DNA of 63,978 nt, counting the filler, from Lenisia limosa (Eukaryota > Protista > Breviatea), in the NCBI GenBank assembly GCA_001655205.1. It is 10 parts of 10 records of this genome, joined end to end, with 100 filler letters (N's around TTAATTAATTAA, not from the genome) between each part and the next. Parts side by side here need not be neighbours in the genome. Positions count along the whole stretch, not along the records: positions 3,731 to 19,984 come from LPNZ01006873.1; positions 20,085 to 25,668 come from LPNZ01003799.1; 8 more parts are not named here. The stretch is one strand, 5' to 3'. The notes beneath the pieces are model-generated. The model saw only the letters and a list, made by a program, of their open reading frames with translations. It did not search any database and was not told where the DNA came from. Below, piece after piece: positions 11,801-23,400 of the stretch; within the stretch, counting starts at the first letter, position 1; each line of letters opens with the position of its first letter. The position numbers and the translations under genes were made by a program.

Positions 11801-14800
11801 TAGCTTTACAAAATATGATGTCATATTTAGGGCTTCTTTTCTTTAGTTGAGCCAGCGCCCTTGTTTATTTTCGTTGATATCCTTTTCTCACCCATTTACA
11901 ATCGTTGTTTTTGTTTCGTTTCAGCAAATTGACCATTTCAATGGAAGTGACTGGCCTGGGCTTTGTTTNNNNNNNNNNNNNNNNNNNNNNNNNNNNNNNN
12001 NNNNNNNNNNNNNNNNNNTTATTCATAAATTGTCCAATTTTACTCTCCTTAGCCCTGGACTTCAATGTCGCTGAATTAGGGACAGTGGAGCGGTTTTACC
12101 ACTCTTTCGGCTTCAAAATCCACCGCAAATTTGGCAAGATTGAAGTACTCACGTATGCGATGAATCATTCTGTGTTGTATATCTGGCTATTTGTGGATAG
12201 GAAATCATCTGTTGCAATAGCCATACACTGACACAACTTTTTTCTAATTTGATCCATTCGGTCTATTCTTTGATTCCACCAGGTACCTCCTGCTTACGGC
12301 TATCTTCTTCTACTTTGCACTCCAACTCTCTAAGCCAGAAAAACAGGCCGAAGAGTTCCCGTCCGAATCAAACGGTGGGACTGAGATTGATGAACAGTGC
12401 ACATGATATAGAATATACTAGATATTTTAACTCATATCGAGGGTTTATCCCGAGTATATCAGAGTATCATTGAGACTTGCTAGTCAAATATCACAAGAGT
12501 GGATATGATCACATCGTGGAAAATGATAGTTCACACGTGTACGTGTGAAATTGAAGTGATATAATTGATATTAATATTTTTGGTGTTGACCTTCCCTACG
12601 CAACCCTTTGATGAACCTCCCATCCATTCCACCTAACCCCGCAGCTAACCAAGCTTGGATGATTTTGGACGACTTTACCCCATCTTCAGCGTCAGAGAGG
12701 CCTCAGGTAAGTAGTTTTTCTTGTTTTTTTTGTTTTGGGGGTATTACATACGTGAGGGGTTTTTATAATGGGTCCGGCTAATTGTGTTATCTCTTTTCGT
12801 TAATACAATTACATGACCCCCAAATTTGCCACATAGATATGATATGAACAATTTTCTCATTGATTGAATATTGACGTATCATATAATATAACATCAGAAT
12901 TATGATTACGTAAAAGCGTACATGCTGCTCATTACTTGCTACTTAATATACCCAAAACCTTCCAACTCCCAACCCTCCCACAGGTCAACCTGGTTTACGG
13001 CGTGGACACAATCGACAGGGACGGCGTAGACCCCAATGACATCAAAGCCCGCGGCGAAGTCGTATTGTGGGAGGGAGGTATTATTCTAAGATATGTTGTG
13101 GGTGGTAGGGCTTCACTTCGGTTCAAATTAACTGTTAAAATATCGGTAGTTTTCGAGGATTTATCGAGAAATACTGTTTGTTTTCGAATCGAAGTGAATC
13201 CCTTATTGTGGGGTAGGGTGTGTGTCTTGTTTTTTTTGGGGGGAGGTATTATGGAAGTGGAGTGGGTGTACTTGATAAGGGTTGTGTTTTGATTGCGGGA
13301 GTTGCATTATTGCTGGATATGGGTGTTTAGTGTAGTATTGGGGGGCGGAGTCTAACAATACAATCTAAGAAAACGTGAGAAGTGTCCTGCACATCACTTT
13401 GTAACGCTGTAGTGATGAGACATTTGACATGTCTTCGGCCGCCTGCCAACAGCACATTTGGGACACTATTGAAGTTTTTATTGCCTCCTCAATCACTGTC
13501 GGTATGCATGGCTTGTCTTGAATTATAATATCATATATAATTCTGAGTTGTGATACTCAAAAGATTATTTTTGGTTTTTGTTGAATTTTTTGCCTGTTTA
13601 CAACGTACTTGAGCCTCTTTATTCACTCCTCCCCCCATAGACACAGAGTCATACTCGATTTTACGCTACTTCCGTGAATGGAGAGTCAAGCACTGGGGGG
13701 CTGGCTCTGAGGTGGGGGCATGGGAATAGCTTGCTGAAAGGTGGTTATTGGGGTCAAATAACCTAAATCTATACATGTCGTGACTTTTCTCATTCAACTA
13801 CATATCATCAGAGTACATACATTTTTTATCTAACAGATCTCATGTTCTCGCCACATAATGTGCAGTGTCTCCGATTGCTAATAGATCTCAGATTATTGCC
13901 GACAAAGATGAGTTCTATACACAGTGGCGCAACTTTACTAAGGCCAACTGGGTCCAATCCGGATCAACAGGATGGAAGAGGTGGGGGGTGATAGGAATGT
14001 AAGTAGGGTTTCACTTCGGTTCGAAAAAGACCGGTAAAATATCGATAGTTTTCGAGAATTTATCGAGAAATTCAGTCTTTTTTCGAACCAAAGTGAAGCT
14101 TTAAATGTAAGAGATTACTTCTGTCAACAAGATTAAAAATGTTAGTTCAATAGTGATATACACATACCCAAGTTAAAAAAAGATATTCATTCATATCACA
14201 AGTTCATGACGAGATATACTATGATAGGATTTTCTAAGTGAGCTTGACGGTAGACATAAACTGACTTCTACAGTGTCAATTCGGTTCAGTTCCTCAACAT
14301 TGGTTTCAACTCTTCAATGTCCACACTTGCGTCTCTGGATGATATCGGGGTGAGAGGGGTCATGGGTGATGATAATGTTAGACGTTAGTTAAGAGGATAT
14401 GGTGATATTGGCAAGAGGAGAATGATAATTCCGGGGGGTGCAGCCAGGTACCACTTTTTACCCCATTCCAGGCAGAGCAGTCCAAGTGGGATGATATTTT
14501 GGAGAAGCAAATGGCCTCAGCACCGAAGGGATGTAACTCAGCTTACCACGCTAATGCATGGTTGGTGATTGTGGGGAACCTTGCCTTTTTTGGAAAATTT
14601 ACTCATATTTTTCAAATATGTGGGGGGGGGGGGCAAATTNNNNNNNNNNNNNNNNNNNNNNNNNNNNNNNNNNNNNNNNNNNNNNNNNNNNNNNNNNNNN
14701 NNNNNNNNNNNNNNNNNNNNAAAGGTGAACGTAAAAATATCGATATCCACGCTCTCCTTTCGAATCGTAGGTCTGACATCAACCGCCTTTCACTGTTGTA

Positions 14801-16770
14801 GGTGGAGTTGGTACGAAACGACAGAAATCATTGTGGGTGGTGGATGTGGATTTGATCATGGCCTGGTCTTTTTTTGGACCGAATTCTCGATATGCTATAT
14901 CGACATCAGCCCTTATATGTTTTCTAAATGCTAAACAGTATTGATTCTAGATTCTTTTGTTTCATAGATATTCCAATATTTAACCGCCCCTCCCCAGACG
15001 AGCGCCGCAGTAGTGAATGTAGTTATTGCCATGGCCCTGGCTTATGTGATCCTCCTGGGAACTTCCTGTGAGGGGGGTTTTCCATGATGCTGTGAGATAG
15101 TGATGGGATGGAGTTATGATGGGGGTTGGAGTATGGCCTAAGTTGAGGGGCTGAATGGACGAGTTTCAGAAAGGCTCTGTCCAAATAGTGTTATTATTTC
15201 AAAACTTAATTGGTCAGTAATTTTTAGCTTTGTTTTGTCCTATTTCGGTCTCAAAATGCTTCACATTTTGTACACCTAGTTTAATAGGAGGATGAGGTCG
15301 GTAAATTATTGCAAGTTTCTCTTACCCGACAGTGAACATAATTGTTTCAACCCTATCGCTCTTCGCCATCATTTTGACCCTTGTTTGCTTCACCGGTCTC
15401 CTGGTCATTTACGGCTGGTATATGGAGTAAGCGGAGTGTTTTTGGGTTTGAAGGGGTTTTGAATAAGTAAACTGGTAACATAAAGAGTAAGTGAAGTAAT
15501 CTGGTAGTAATATGTATTGGAGGCAGTTTTTGGGGTGGACTGTTTTAGTTTAGTAATGGTGGTATATGGGTAGGAAGTAAACAATTAGATGGGTTGATAA
15601 CAAACACTCACTCACTGTTCAGCTTCACTGAAGCTTACGGACTCGTCATTGCCGGTGGACTTTCCATAGGTTTGCAGATATTGTAATTCTTGCCCTGCTC
15701 ACGGAACAACAATTTTTTATTTTGAAAAAATGTGAAATTTAAATCTTGAATGGGTATCTCGTCATAATATTCAAAAGCAATTCTCAACTATTAATTGCAC
15801 ATCGTCCTTGTGATATTTAACATGTCTGTATCAACAAATTCTACCTGTTCCACCCCAAACTTAGATTCTGATGTCTAACACCCTGACTCAAAACACCACA
15901 CTAACACTCTAGACTACCATGTCCACATAGCCACGGCCTTCCTTGAGAACTCGTACAGTTCCTCCAGCCAACGTCTGCGCTACGCTATCACCACAATGGG
16001 TGTCAGCACAGCTGGGTCGTTCTTCACTACCGCTGCCTCGTCGCTGATGCTCATGTTTGCCCAGGTGAGGGGTTGGGGTAGAAGTAGGGCTTCACTTCGG
16101 TTCAAAAAAACTCGGGGGAATATCGATAGTTTTCGAGGATTTATCGAGATATTCAGTCTCTTTTCGAACCGAAGTGAAGGAGATTTGTATGTAGAAGAAA
16201 CCAGGGAGTTGTAAAGCGAAGATGCTGAAGGGTGGAGTAATATTGGAGTCATATTGGAAAATTTGTAAAACACGAAAAGTCCAAATCGACTCTGTTGGCT
16301 GATAACACACGAGGTTTGATAACAACAAAACAACGAACAGGCCAGGGGGGAGAGGGGAGGGATGTTTGCGTTAGGGGTTATGAAGTTTGAGTGAGCTATT
16401 CTGGGGGAGTGAAGGTATTCACACACACCAACATTCTAGCGCCAATCTCCTTTTTGACCCAAAACAGATGCCAATGTTCAACAAGTTTGGCACAATGATC
16501 TTCACCATCATCTGCATTTCCTTCGTTTCCGCCACCGTCTTCCTTCCCCCCCTTCTGCTCATTCTTGGGCCTTGTGGCCTTAAGGGCTCGTTTAAGGTTG
16601 GGTAATCATAAGCAGTTGTAACTACTACGTGGGCTACAACCTGATGTTTTCACCTCCGTTTTCTTCTACCCTCTCCTTTCCCCTCACTTTTGCTTATTCT
16701 TTTTTAGTGCAAACCCAAATCCAAAAAAGACAAGGAAGAGCCTCGGGAAGCGCAGCTACAGACTTGCTAA
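5819..16770 (+). CDS. Dispatched/Patched-family sterol-sensing-domain RND membrane protein, >25 exons
   Basis: TM1 region HHPCKIIWGVIAICFLAIVIAVV; SSD motif VILGIG|ADDIFVFLD; HAMAITTATTALAFLAS; loop VNLVYGVDTIDRDGVDPND; second TM bundle GGLSI|DYHVHIA...MGVSTAGSFFTTAAS...FNKFGTMIF...FLPPLLLILGP. ATG at 5819, TAA at 16768-16770. Confidence 0.85.
9738..9840. mobile_element. MITE sister subfamily M1b (same core, different termini); partial copy also at ~4226-4298
   Basis: The core ...ATTTCTCAATAAATCCTCGATAAATATCGATATTT... is shared with M1. Termini are TAGGGGTTCCATTCAGTCCTAAAAA / TTTTTAAGACCATAGGAAAGCTCTA; the 4270-4298 copy ends GTCTTTTTCCGACCATAGGAAACCCTA. Confidence 0.6.
11003..11095. mobile_element. 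MITE M1 copy in a Dispatched-like intron
   Basis: TTCACTTCGGTCGAAAA ... TTTTCGAACCGAAGTGAAGCCC followed by TA. Confidence 0.8.
13108..13202. mobile_element. MITE M1 copy
   Basis: TA-GGGCTTCACTTCGGTTC ... GAATCGAAGTGAATCCC. Confidence 0.85.
14006..14101. mobile_element. MITE M1 copy
   Basis: TA-GGGTTTCACTTCGGTTCGAAAA ... TTTTCGAACCAAAGTGAAGCTT-TA. Confidence 0.85.
16087..16181. mobile_element. MITE M1 copy
   Basis: TA-GGGCTTCACTTCGGTTCAAAA ... TTTTCGAACCGAAGTGAAG. Confidence 0.85.
16225..16345 (-). repeat. R2 copy, antisense to the Dispatched-like gene
   Basis: AAATCGACTCTGTTGGCTGATAACACACGAGGTTTGATAACAACAAAAC is the reverse complement of the R2 core. Confidence 0.8.
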
Positions 16771-16935
16771 TATGCTAGTATGCATATCATATCTGCTTAT
16801 GGTTATTTCACTGTTTCTTTGCTTTAATTTTATTATTTGATGAAATTGTACAATTTTGACAAAAAGTTAGATCATTTACATTGTATTAATAGTACATATT
16901 CAACATCTTAATCACAACATCATCATAGACGGGGC

Positions 16936-17868
16936 TTACTTGTCCATCAGAATGGAGGTCGAGCTAGATGGATAAGTGGAAAGACAGTAAGACAAGTTGA
17001 AATTGGGGTCTACTGATGCTGAAGAGACATAGCGCTATTCGCTTGAATCTCCCACCCCCAACCCTCCGTTTTTTTCTCACCGTCATATTACGAGTCCCAC
17101 TCCTTCTCCTTCCCAAACATCCAACTACTTCCCCCCCCCCACTCATCCCGCTCGATGCTGCTCGAGGACGGGAGGGCCTTCAGCTGCGGTGAGTTGCTGG
17201 CGTTGTACTTCTTTGCCGCCAAGGAAACGTCGTACATTGGAGGGTCGGACGGGAGTGGGGCTTTGAGGAGACCGTCGGGAGAGGCCTCAACGTAGTAGCA
17301 TTGCATCTGTAGGGGAGTAAAATGGGAAACAAAAAAAAAAGGCAAATCAACTCCGTTGGCGGACAACACACAAGGTTTGATAACAACAAAACACAAAGGC
17401 CAACGTGAATATAATATGAGCATCTGTGGGGGTTATATTATGGAACTCGAGGGGATGTGGGCATCTGTGTGAGTGTACAAAAGACTGAATTCGAAGTGGC
17501 TGATTTAGTATACCATTTTCCTTCAACCCTCCTCCCTCACTTCTTCCCTCTCTTTCCAATATTGGTCATCGAAATATCCTTTGTTACCCCCACCTTGCCC
17601 TTGCCCTTGACATTGAATTCTCCTCTCAGGTTCAGTTTGAAGCCATCCTGAAGGGATAAATCGAACAACAATGGGAAAGAATGAACCCCTCGTCCCCATC
17701 AATCAACACATTACCCCCCTCTTGGCCCACATTCTGTAGTCTAGCGGCGGTTGTGGACGAGACGTTGATGCACATGGCCGTACTGAGGCTTTCCATCCGA
17801 CTTGCTACGTTAACTGAGTCGCCAAAGAGGCAGTAGCGCGGCCGAAGGTCGCCGGCTACCGAGGCTAC
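16936..17868 (-). CDS. Class III nucleotide cyclase, guanylate-cyclase type; C-terminal exons only
   Basis: Exon 17731-17868 reads [27 protein letters not shown], 17594-17647 reads [18 protein letters not shown], then 17306 MQCYYVE. The YCLFG Cys is the GTP-specificity residue of guanylate cyclases. Upstream exons were not found. Confidence 0.85.
17307..17405 (-). repeat. R2 copy ending at a cyclase acceptor
   Basis: The reverse complement ends ...TTTCCCATTTTACTCCCCTACAG|ATGCAATGC. Confidence 0.8.
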
Positions 17869-18408
17869 CTAGGGGGAGATGAATAAAGAAAACCTTGGGG
17901 GGGGGGGCAATATATACATCCATATTACATCATTTACTAAATATGATATATCATATGTCTATATATCATACATATCATTACAAACATAAGGTATAATAGT
18001 AATTATATGATATAATATTAAATATCATAGACATATACATGTATGTATACATATCATTTGATGACGTCATCCTGTTAATTGGTGCCTGAAATTGATAAAG
18101 TAGGTACATTTTGATCCGATAATTAATTTTTTTGCTTTGATAATGCTTAGAGTCAGTTACTTTGGCATTTCTGTGTGTTTGTTTATATGATTGGTGTTTT
18201 ATTGGCAACCCTCCGATATTCAAATTCTGATTTATTTGGTGAGCTTTCTTGTCAAATATTGTTCTTTGTGAACCGTTTCTTCTTTTCTAGAGTATAAATG
18301 AGGCATTTGTCTCAACAAATGGATAAATCGAGTTGTTTTTAAAAGAAACGNNNNNNNNNNCAACCCTGTCTTCACTTTTATTTGTGATCTTTTCTATTTA
18401 CTTCTCAT

Positions 18409-19984
18409 AGAGAACGTTGGATTACTTCACAAGGCCATTTTCCAAGTGATAATCAGCCGGCAAACCTTGTATGTGTTTAGTTATTTGCTAACTTCTTAGT
18501 TGTGTATACTCACATACAATCTAGGCTTCTTCGCTGTAAGATGATTCACTTGGATCAACATGTTGATAAGTACTTACGTGGCTTGATGTCCCTGAAGAGG
18601 TCAAGGAAGCTGTAGCCCGCAAGCAAGTTGACGAGTACCTGGTTGCGAAGACTCAACAAGACACTCTTGGGGAGCAATCCTATTACGAACGAAAAAAGAG
18701 GGGCATTATCAGGGTAGGTGACGTTATGTCATTTGATTTGTACTTGTTCAGTGAAAATGTTGACATGCTTGTAGGTTCAAAAAGTCAACTTCCACCAATA
18801 TTCCGACAACGGATCAATTCTCAGAATCCCTTCATCGGTGTTCGATAGGGCAATCAACAGACATAAACACAATGAATACCCTTTGACAGGAAGAAACGCA
18901 GGAAGAAGACCAGTCGAGCACGATGCAGTCATCAGAACTCTTCAGAAGTATGAAGCGGTAAGTTTTGGAACTTTAATGCAAACTGTACCCACCTCGACTT
19001 CGACCGCAGAGCACAGTCTCAAGTAAGCAATAAGCATATTGCATGATAGGGTGTCAGAAGGGTTAAAATGCTGCAAATGTGTCTTCTGCTGAATTTGACT
19101 TCTTTAGCCAGAGATCACACTTCAAAACGGAAGGGGCTTCTCGCAAGGAATCCGAATGATCAAGACCGTCAAACATGCTGTCCGTAACATGGATGGCAAA
19201 GAGGTAAGGAGGCGCGGAAGGTGCGGCTAGAGTTTTATGGAAAGGAGGAGATTGTCGCCAATGCTTTATCAGCCCTACGCTGGGGAGCTACTCAGGAGAA
19301 GGAACTACCCAAAGAAGGTTTGTAAATATATTTGTATGTATATTGCTACTGATTTGTGGTGTCTAGTCCGTCTGATGTCTTTTAGAGAGAATTAAGAAGG
19401 CCCTTGACATACTATCTGCTCCTCTCCATGAACCATTTGAAAGCATAAGGGACGATATTTACCACAGAATTGACCTTGAACTCAAAAACGAACTGAACAG
19501 AGTTACAGACGTTATCAAAGTTAACATCTCAAAGTCTGTGGTCCTTCTTAAGAAGATGCGAACATTATCTCTGGTCAACCATGATGTCACACCCAATGAA
19601 GAGGTAGACCCAAGTCGCATCCTTTTTGGAGACGAAATTGCGTTCATGGGCGCTTTCTTCGGAGAGATGCCTGGCTTCCCTCGATCTTCGGCTTTATGCC
19701 TTCTCAGTGGCATGGGCGATTTAGCAATGGCAACGTGCAACCTTGGCGGTGACGACATCAGTTCAACCAGTGGGGAGAGGCCGGCAGTTCCTCTAGAGGA
19801 GTCAAAATGGTAGCGCCCTCAAGATTGCTTTAACGACTGGAAGGAAGAATACTCTCTTGCGGACCACTAAGAGCCCCGCCTCCGTCTCTCATTGTCCAAG
19901 AACAAGCTTCCAGGAAAATACGGACTCTTTCATGCACCAGATCAGCCCTCTTCAACACGGAAGGTTTTGTTAGATCGCTGCGCT
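18409..19984 (+). CDS. Spliced hypothetical protein with short introns; no family recognised
   Basis: GT-AG bounded open segments: LTWLDVPEEVKEAVARKQVDEYL..., VQKVNFHQYSDNGSILRIP, RRPVEHDAVIRTLQKYEA, EITLQNGRGFSQGIRMIKTVKH, and a long exon RIKKALDILSAPLHEPFESIRDD.... Confidence 0.55.
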
Positions 19985-20409
19985 NNNNNNNNNNNNNNNN
20001 NNNNNNNNNNNNNNNNNNNNNNNNNNNNTTAATTAATTAANNNNNNNNNNNNNNNNNNNNNNNNNNNNNNNNNNNNNNNNNNNNCCTAATACTCCCTCTT
20101 TTGAAAAAAAATAACATCATAGAATAAAGAACATAATGATATTTTATCCTTTGTTATGAGGATGTTTGACCTGCCCAACGCCTGAATCGTCAGAGTACAT
20201 AATGGGAGAGCTATGGAGCCGATAAGTATGTATTTTTTACTCATTAGTTCATTCGACAGATAAAGAATCCGGCGTTAAAAGTTTCTGACCTTTGACCTTG
20301 ACGGTGGTGATATTTCCAGTGTCTTCACTCATCAAATCCATTTACCAAATGAAAGCAAATGAAGATAAGAATCGGTATTTACAGGGCACGTGCGTCAGCC
20401 CATCATCAC

Positions 20410-23400
20410 TTTGGCCTCAGCAGTGACGTTCGCGCCGGAGCTTAGCAAAAGTTGGACTATTTCAGCATGGCCTTTGTAGGCAGCATCCTGCAGGGGTGTC
20501 TCCTGTGTCTAAAGAAAGTTAATTGATCCAAACCTCCCTCTGTGGGCTGGGGGTATGGTGTGAATGGAACCTTTTCAGCATTTCGAGATGCAAATTATAG
20601 GAATAGTTACCAATCGATGTGATAATACGTGATGATTAGTGGCAGCAGACAGAAACACAGCAGGCCTCAATATTTCCACTCACATCGTCACATGCGTTGT
20701 TGACCTCAGCGCCTGAGCTGAGAAGAATTTGGACAATTTCAGCATGGCCTTTATAGGCAGCCTTATGCAGGGGTGTTTTTTGTGTCTGAAGAAAGTTAAC
20801 TGTACTGGGGGTATCGTGTGGATGGAATAAATTGTAAAATTTGAGTGGAAAATCCCTAGGAGGCGGAAACCCCTATGGATTTCCAAGAGTTTGACAAACT
20901 CATATTTTTGAAAGAATCCACTAAATTTTTGTTGGCAAACTTATACGATGGCCCTGGGGTTTACAGTGAATATACCAAAAAAATTTAAATTAAATAGCCA
21001 GTCAATTCTTTATCTACTACTTAAGATGCTTGAAAACAGATAGTTACACTCTCAAGGGCACAGAAAGAAAATAAAGGAATTCTAATTTCCGAGATCTCCA
21101 ACATTTTCCGGTTTGGTACCTTTATCTCTCCTGTGACCATCTGAGGGAGCACAGTCAAAGAAAAACGTTGATTATTCAGTTTTCTGTGAACAGTATGGTA
21201 GACCCCGCTCTATGTGTTTATCTTGAACTAAAGCTTCTAGATCGAAGTAATCTACGTAAATTTTGTTTTTGGCTACTTATTTGCTCCTTGAAAGTCTCTA
21301 CTTGTCCTAGCTTGTCACCCCTCGTCCTCTTCTCTTCTTTTCGGGTCTTCTTATAAGCTTAGATCAAATGTTACATCGTTTTATTGCGGTTTCGTTCAAA
21401 AATCCATTTTTTACCCATTAAGTGGACTCCCGCTTTAAATATCAAAGCCAACTAACTGTTTGTAGAATGTCTAAAAATAAGAGAATCTTAGAGATAAGAA
21501 GCCAGCCAACTGCAGCGACGGGTTTTTGTTGTTTCCAACCCTTTGGTCTCTAAGATCGGAATTCCATTTTCGATGAGTTGTTTCATGAAATAAATCGTCT
21601 TTGTAAATAACCCCTTCAAAGGGACAGCCCCTCAGTCCTTCAGACTACACCGGAAAGTATTCAGCATTTCGAGACTACTGCAAATAATGTGAATAGTTCT
21701 CAACATATAATGTTCTGACATTGGAGAGTATAATACTGTTATGTACCTCATAGAGGAGAGTTAGAGTGAACTACACCCGCTCTGAAGTAGTAGCCGATTT
21801 TTAACAAAATCGGCAATAGAATAAACACCAGGTAGAATAAACACCAGGCCAATGTTTACACTCACCTTGTCACGTGCGTTGACGTCCGCGCCGGAGCTTA
21901 ACAGAATTTGGACAACTTCAGTACGTCCATAATCGGCAGCCTCATGCAGGGGTGTACGTTGGTTCTGGAGAAAGTTAATTGATACAAACCTCCCTTGACG
22001 GGGTTTGGTGTGAATGGAAAATAGTCAGCATCTCGAGACCGCACAAAAAATGGGAAGGAATATTTCTCAACCGATATAAAAATGTATTGACTTATTTCGA
22101 GGAGTATGCTTTTAATGTATCTCTGAAGAGTATTAGCCGAATTCCTAACACAAAATTGGAGGCAGAATATATTACAGCAGGCCTCAAAAATTCCCCTCAC
22201 CTTGTCACATGCAGTGACGTTCGCGCCGGAGCTTAGCAATGTTTGGACTATTTCAGCATGGCCTTGATGGGCAGCCTTAATAAGGGGTGTCTGTTGGTCC
22301 TGAAAAAGTTAATTGGTCCAAACCAAGTTCATATGATATGGTAAATGGTAAATAATAACATCTCAAGCTCTATGATATCATATTATATTATACTAGATGA
22401 TATGTACGTCATATGAACACAGTTCTAAAAAACTTGGAGAGCGTGATTTATAGTGGACACTCGTTGAATCTCAATCTATCCCAAATCAACGGCAGAATAT
22501 ACAGCAGGCCCCAGTATTTCCCCTCACCTTGTCACATGCGTTGACGTCTGCGCCGGAGCTGAGTAGAATTTGGACACTTTCAGCATGGCCATGATAGGCA
22601 GCCGCATGTAGGGGCGTCTGTAGGAGCTGAAGAAAGTTAATCAATTCTATCGGCAGGCTGGGGGTATGGCATGAATGGACGATATTCATTTCGAGACCAC
22701 TGCAAATGATAGGAACGTTTCTGAAGCGACAAAATAATTATCTGCCATATTTTGGAGAGGATACTTTAATGCACCTTATGAAAGCGAGAGAGGCATAACC
22801 CACTCTGAATACCATTATCCGAATTTCTAACACAAAATTGGCGGCAAGCATACACTCAAAAATTCCCCTCACCTTGTCACACGCAGTGACGTCCGCACTG
22901 GAGCTTTTCAGCATTTGGACTATTTCAGCATGGCCTTCATTGGCAGCATGATGCAGGGGTGTCCGTTGGTACTGAAGAAAGTTAATCGATCCAAACCCCC
23001 CTCGACAGGCTGGGGGTATGGTAAATGATTAATATTAACCCATATTGTATAGGGAAATATAAATATGACCGAATTGAAGGTCGATATGACAACCGAGGAA
23101 AACACAAGGATGTAGCCCAAGTGAACCACTCGTTGAATCCCTCAAAATTTCCCTTCACCTCGTCACGTGAGTTGACGTCCGCGCCAGAGCTTAGCAGAAC
23201 TTGGACAACATCAGCAAGGCCTAGACTGGCAGCCGCATGCAGGGGTGTCTGCAGGAGCTGAAGAAAGTTAATCTAATCTTCCCTCAATGGATGGGGTGGT
23301 GTGAATAAAACATATTCAGCAATTCGAGATCACTGCAAAGGAAGTATTTCTCAACCGATATAATAATGTTCTGACTCATTTGGGAGGGTATGCTTAGAAT

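Noticed and set aside
13108-13135. GGTTCGA-like motif as a tRNA T-arm or pol III B-box
   Set aside because: It is part of the MITE terminal inverted repeat; there is no cloverleaf or A-box.
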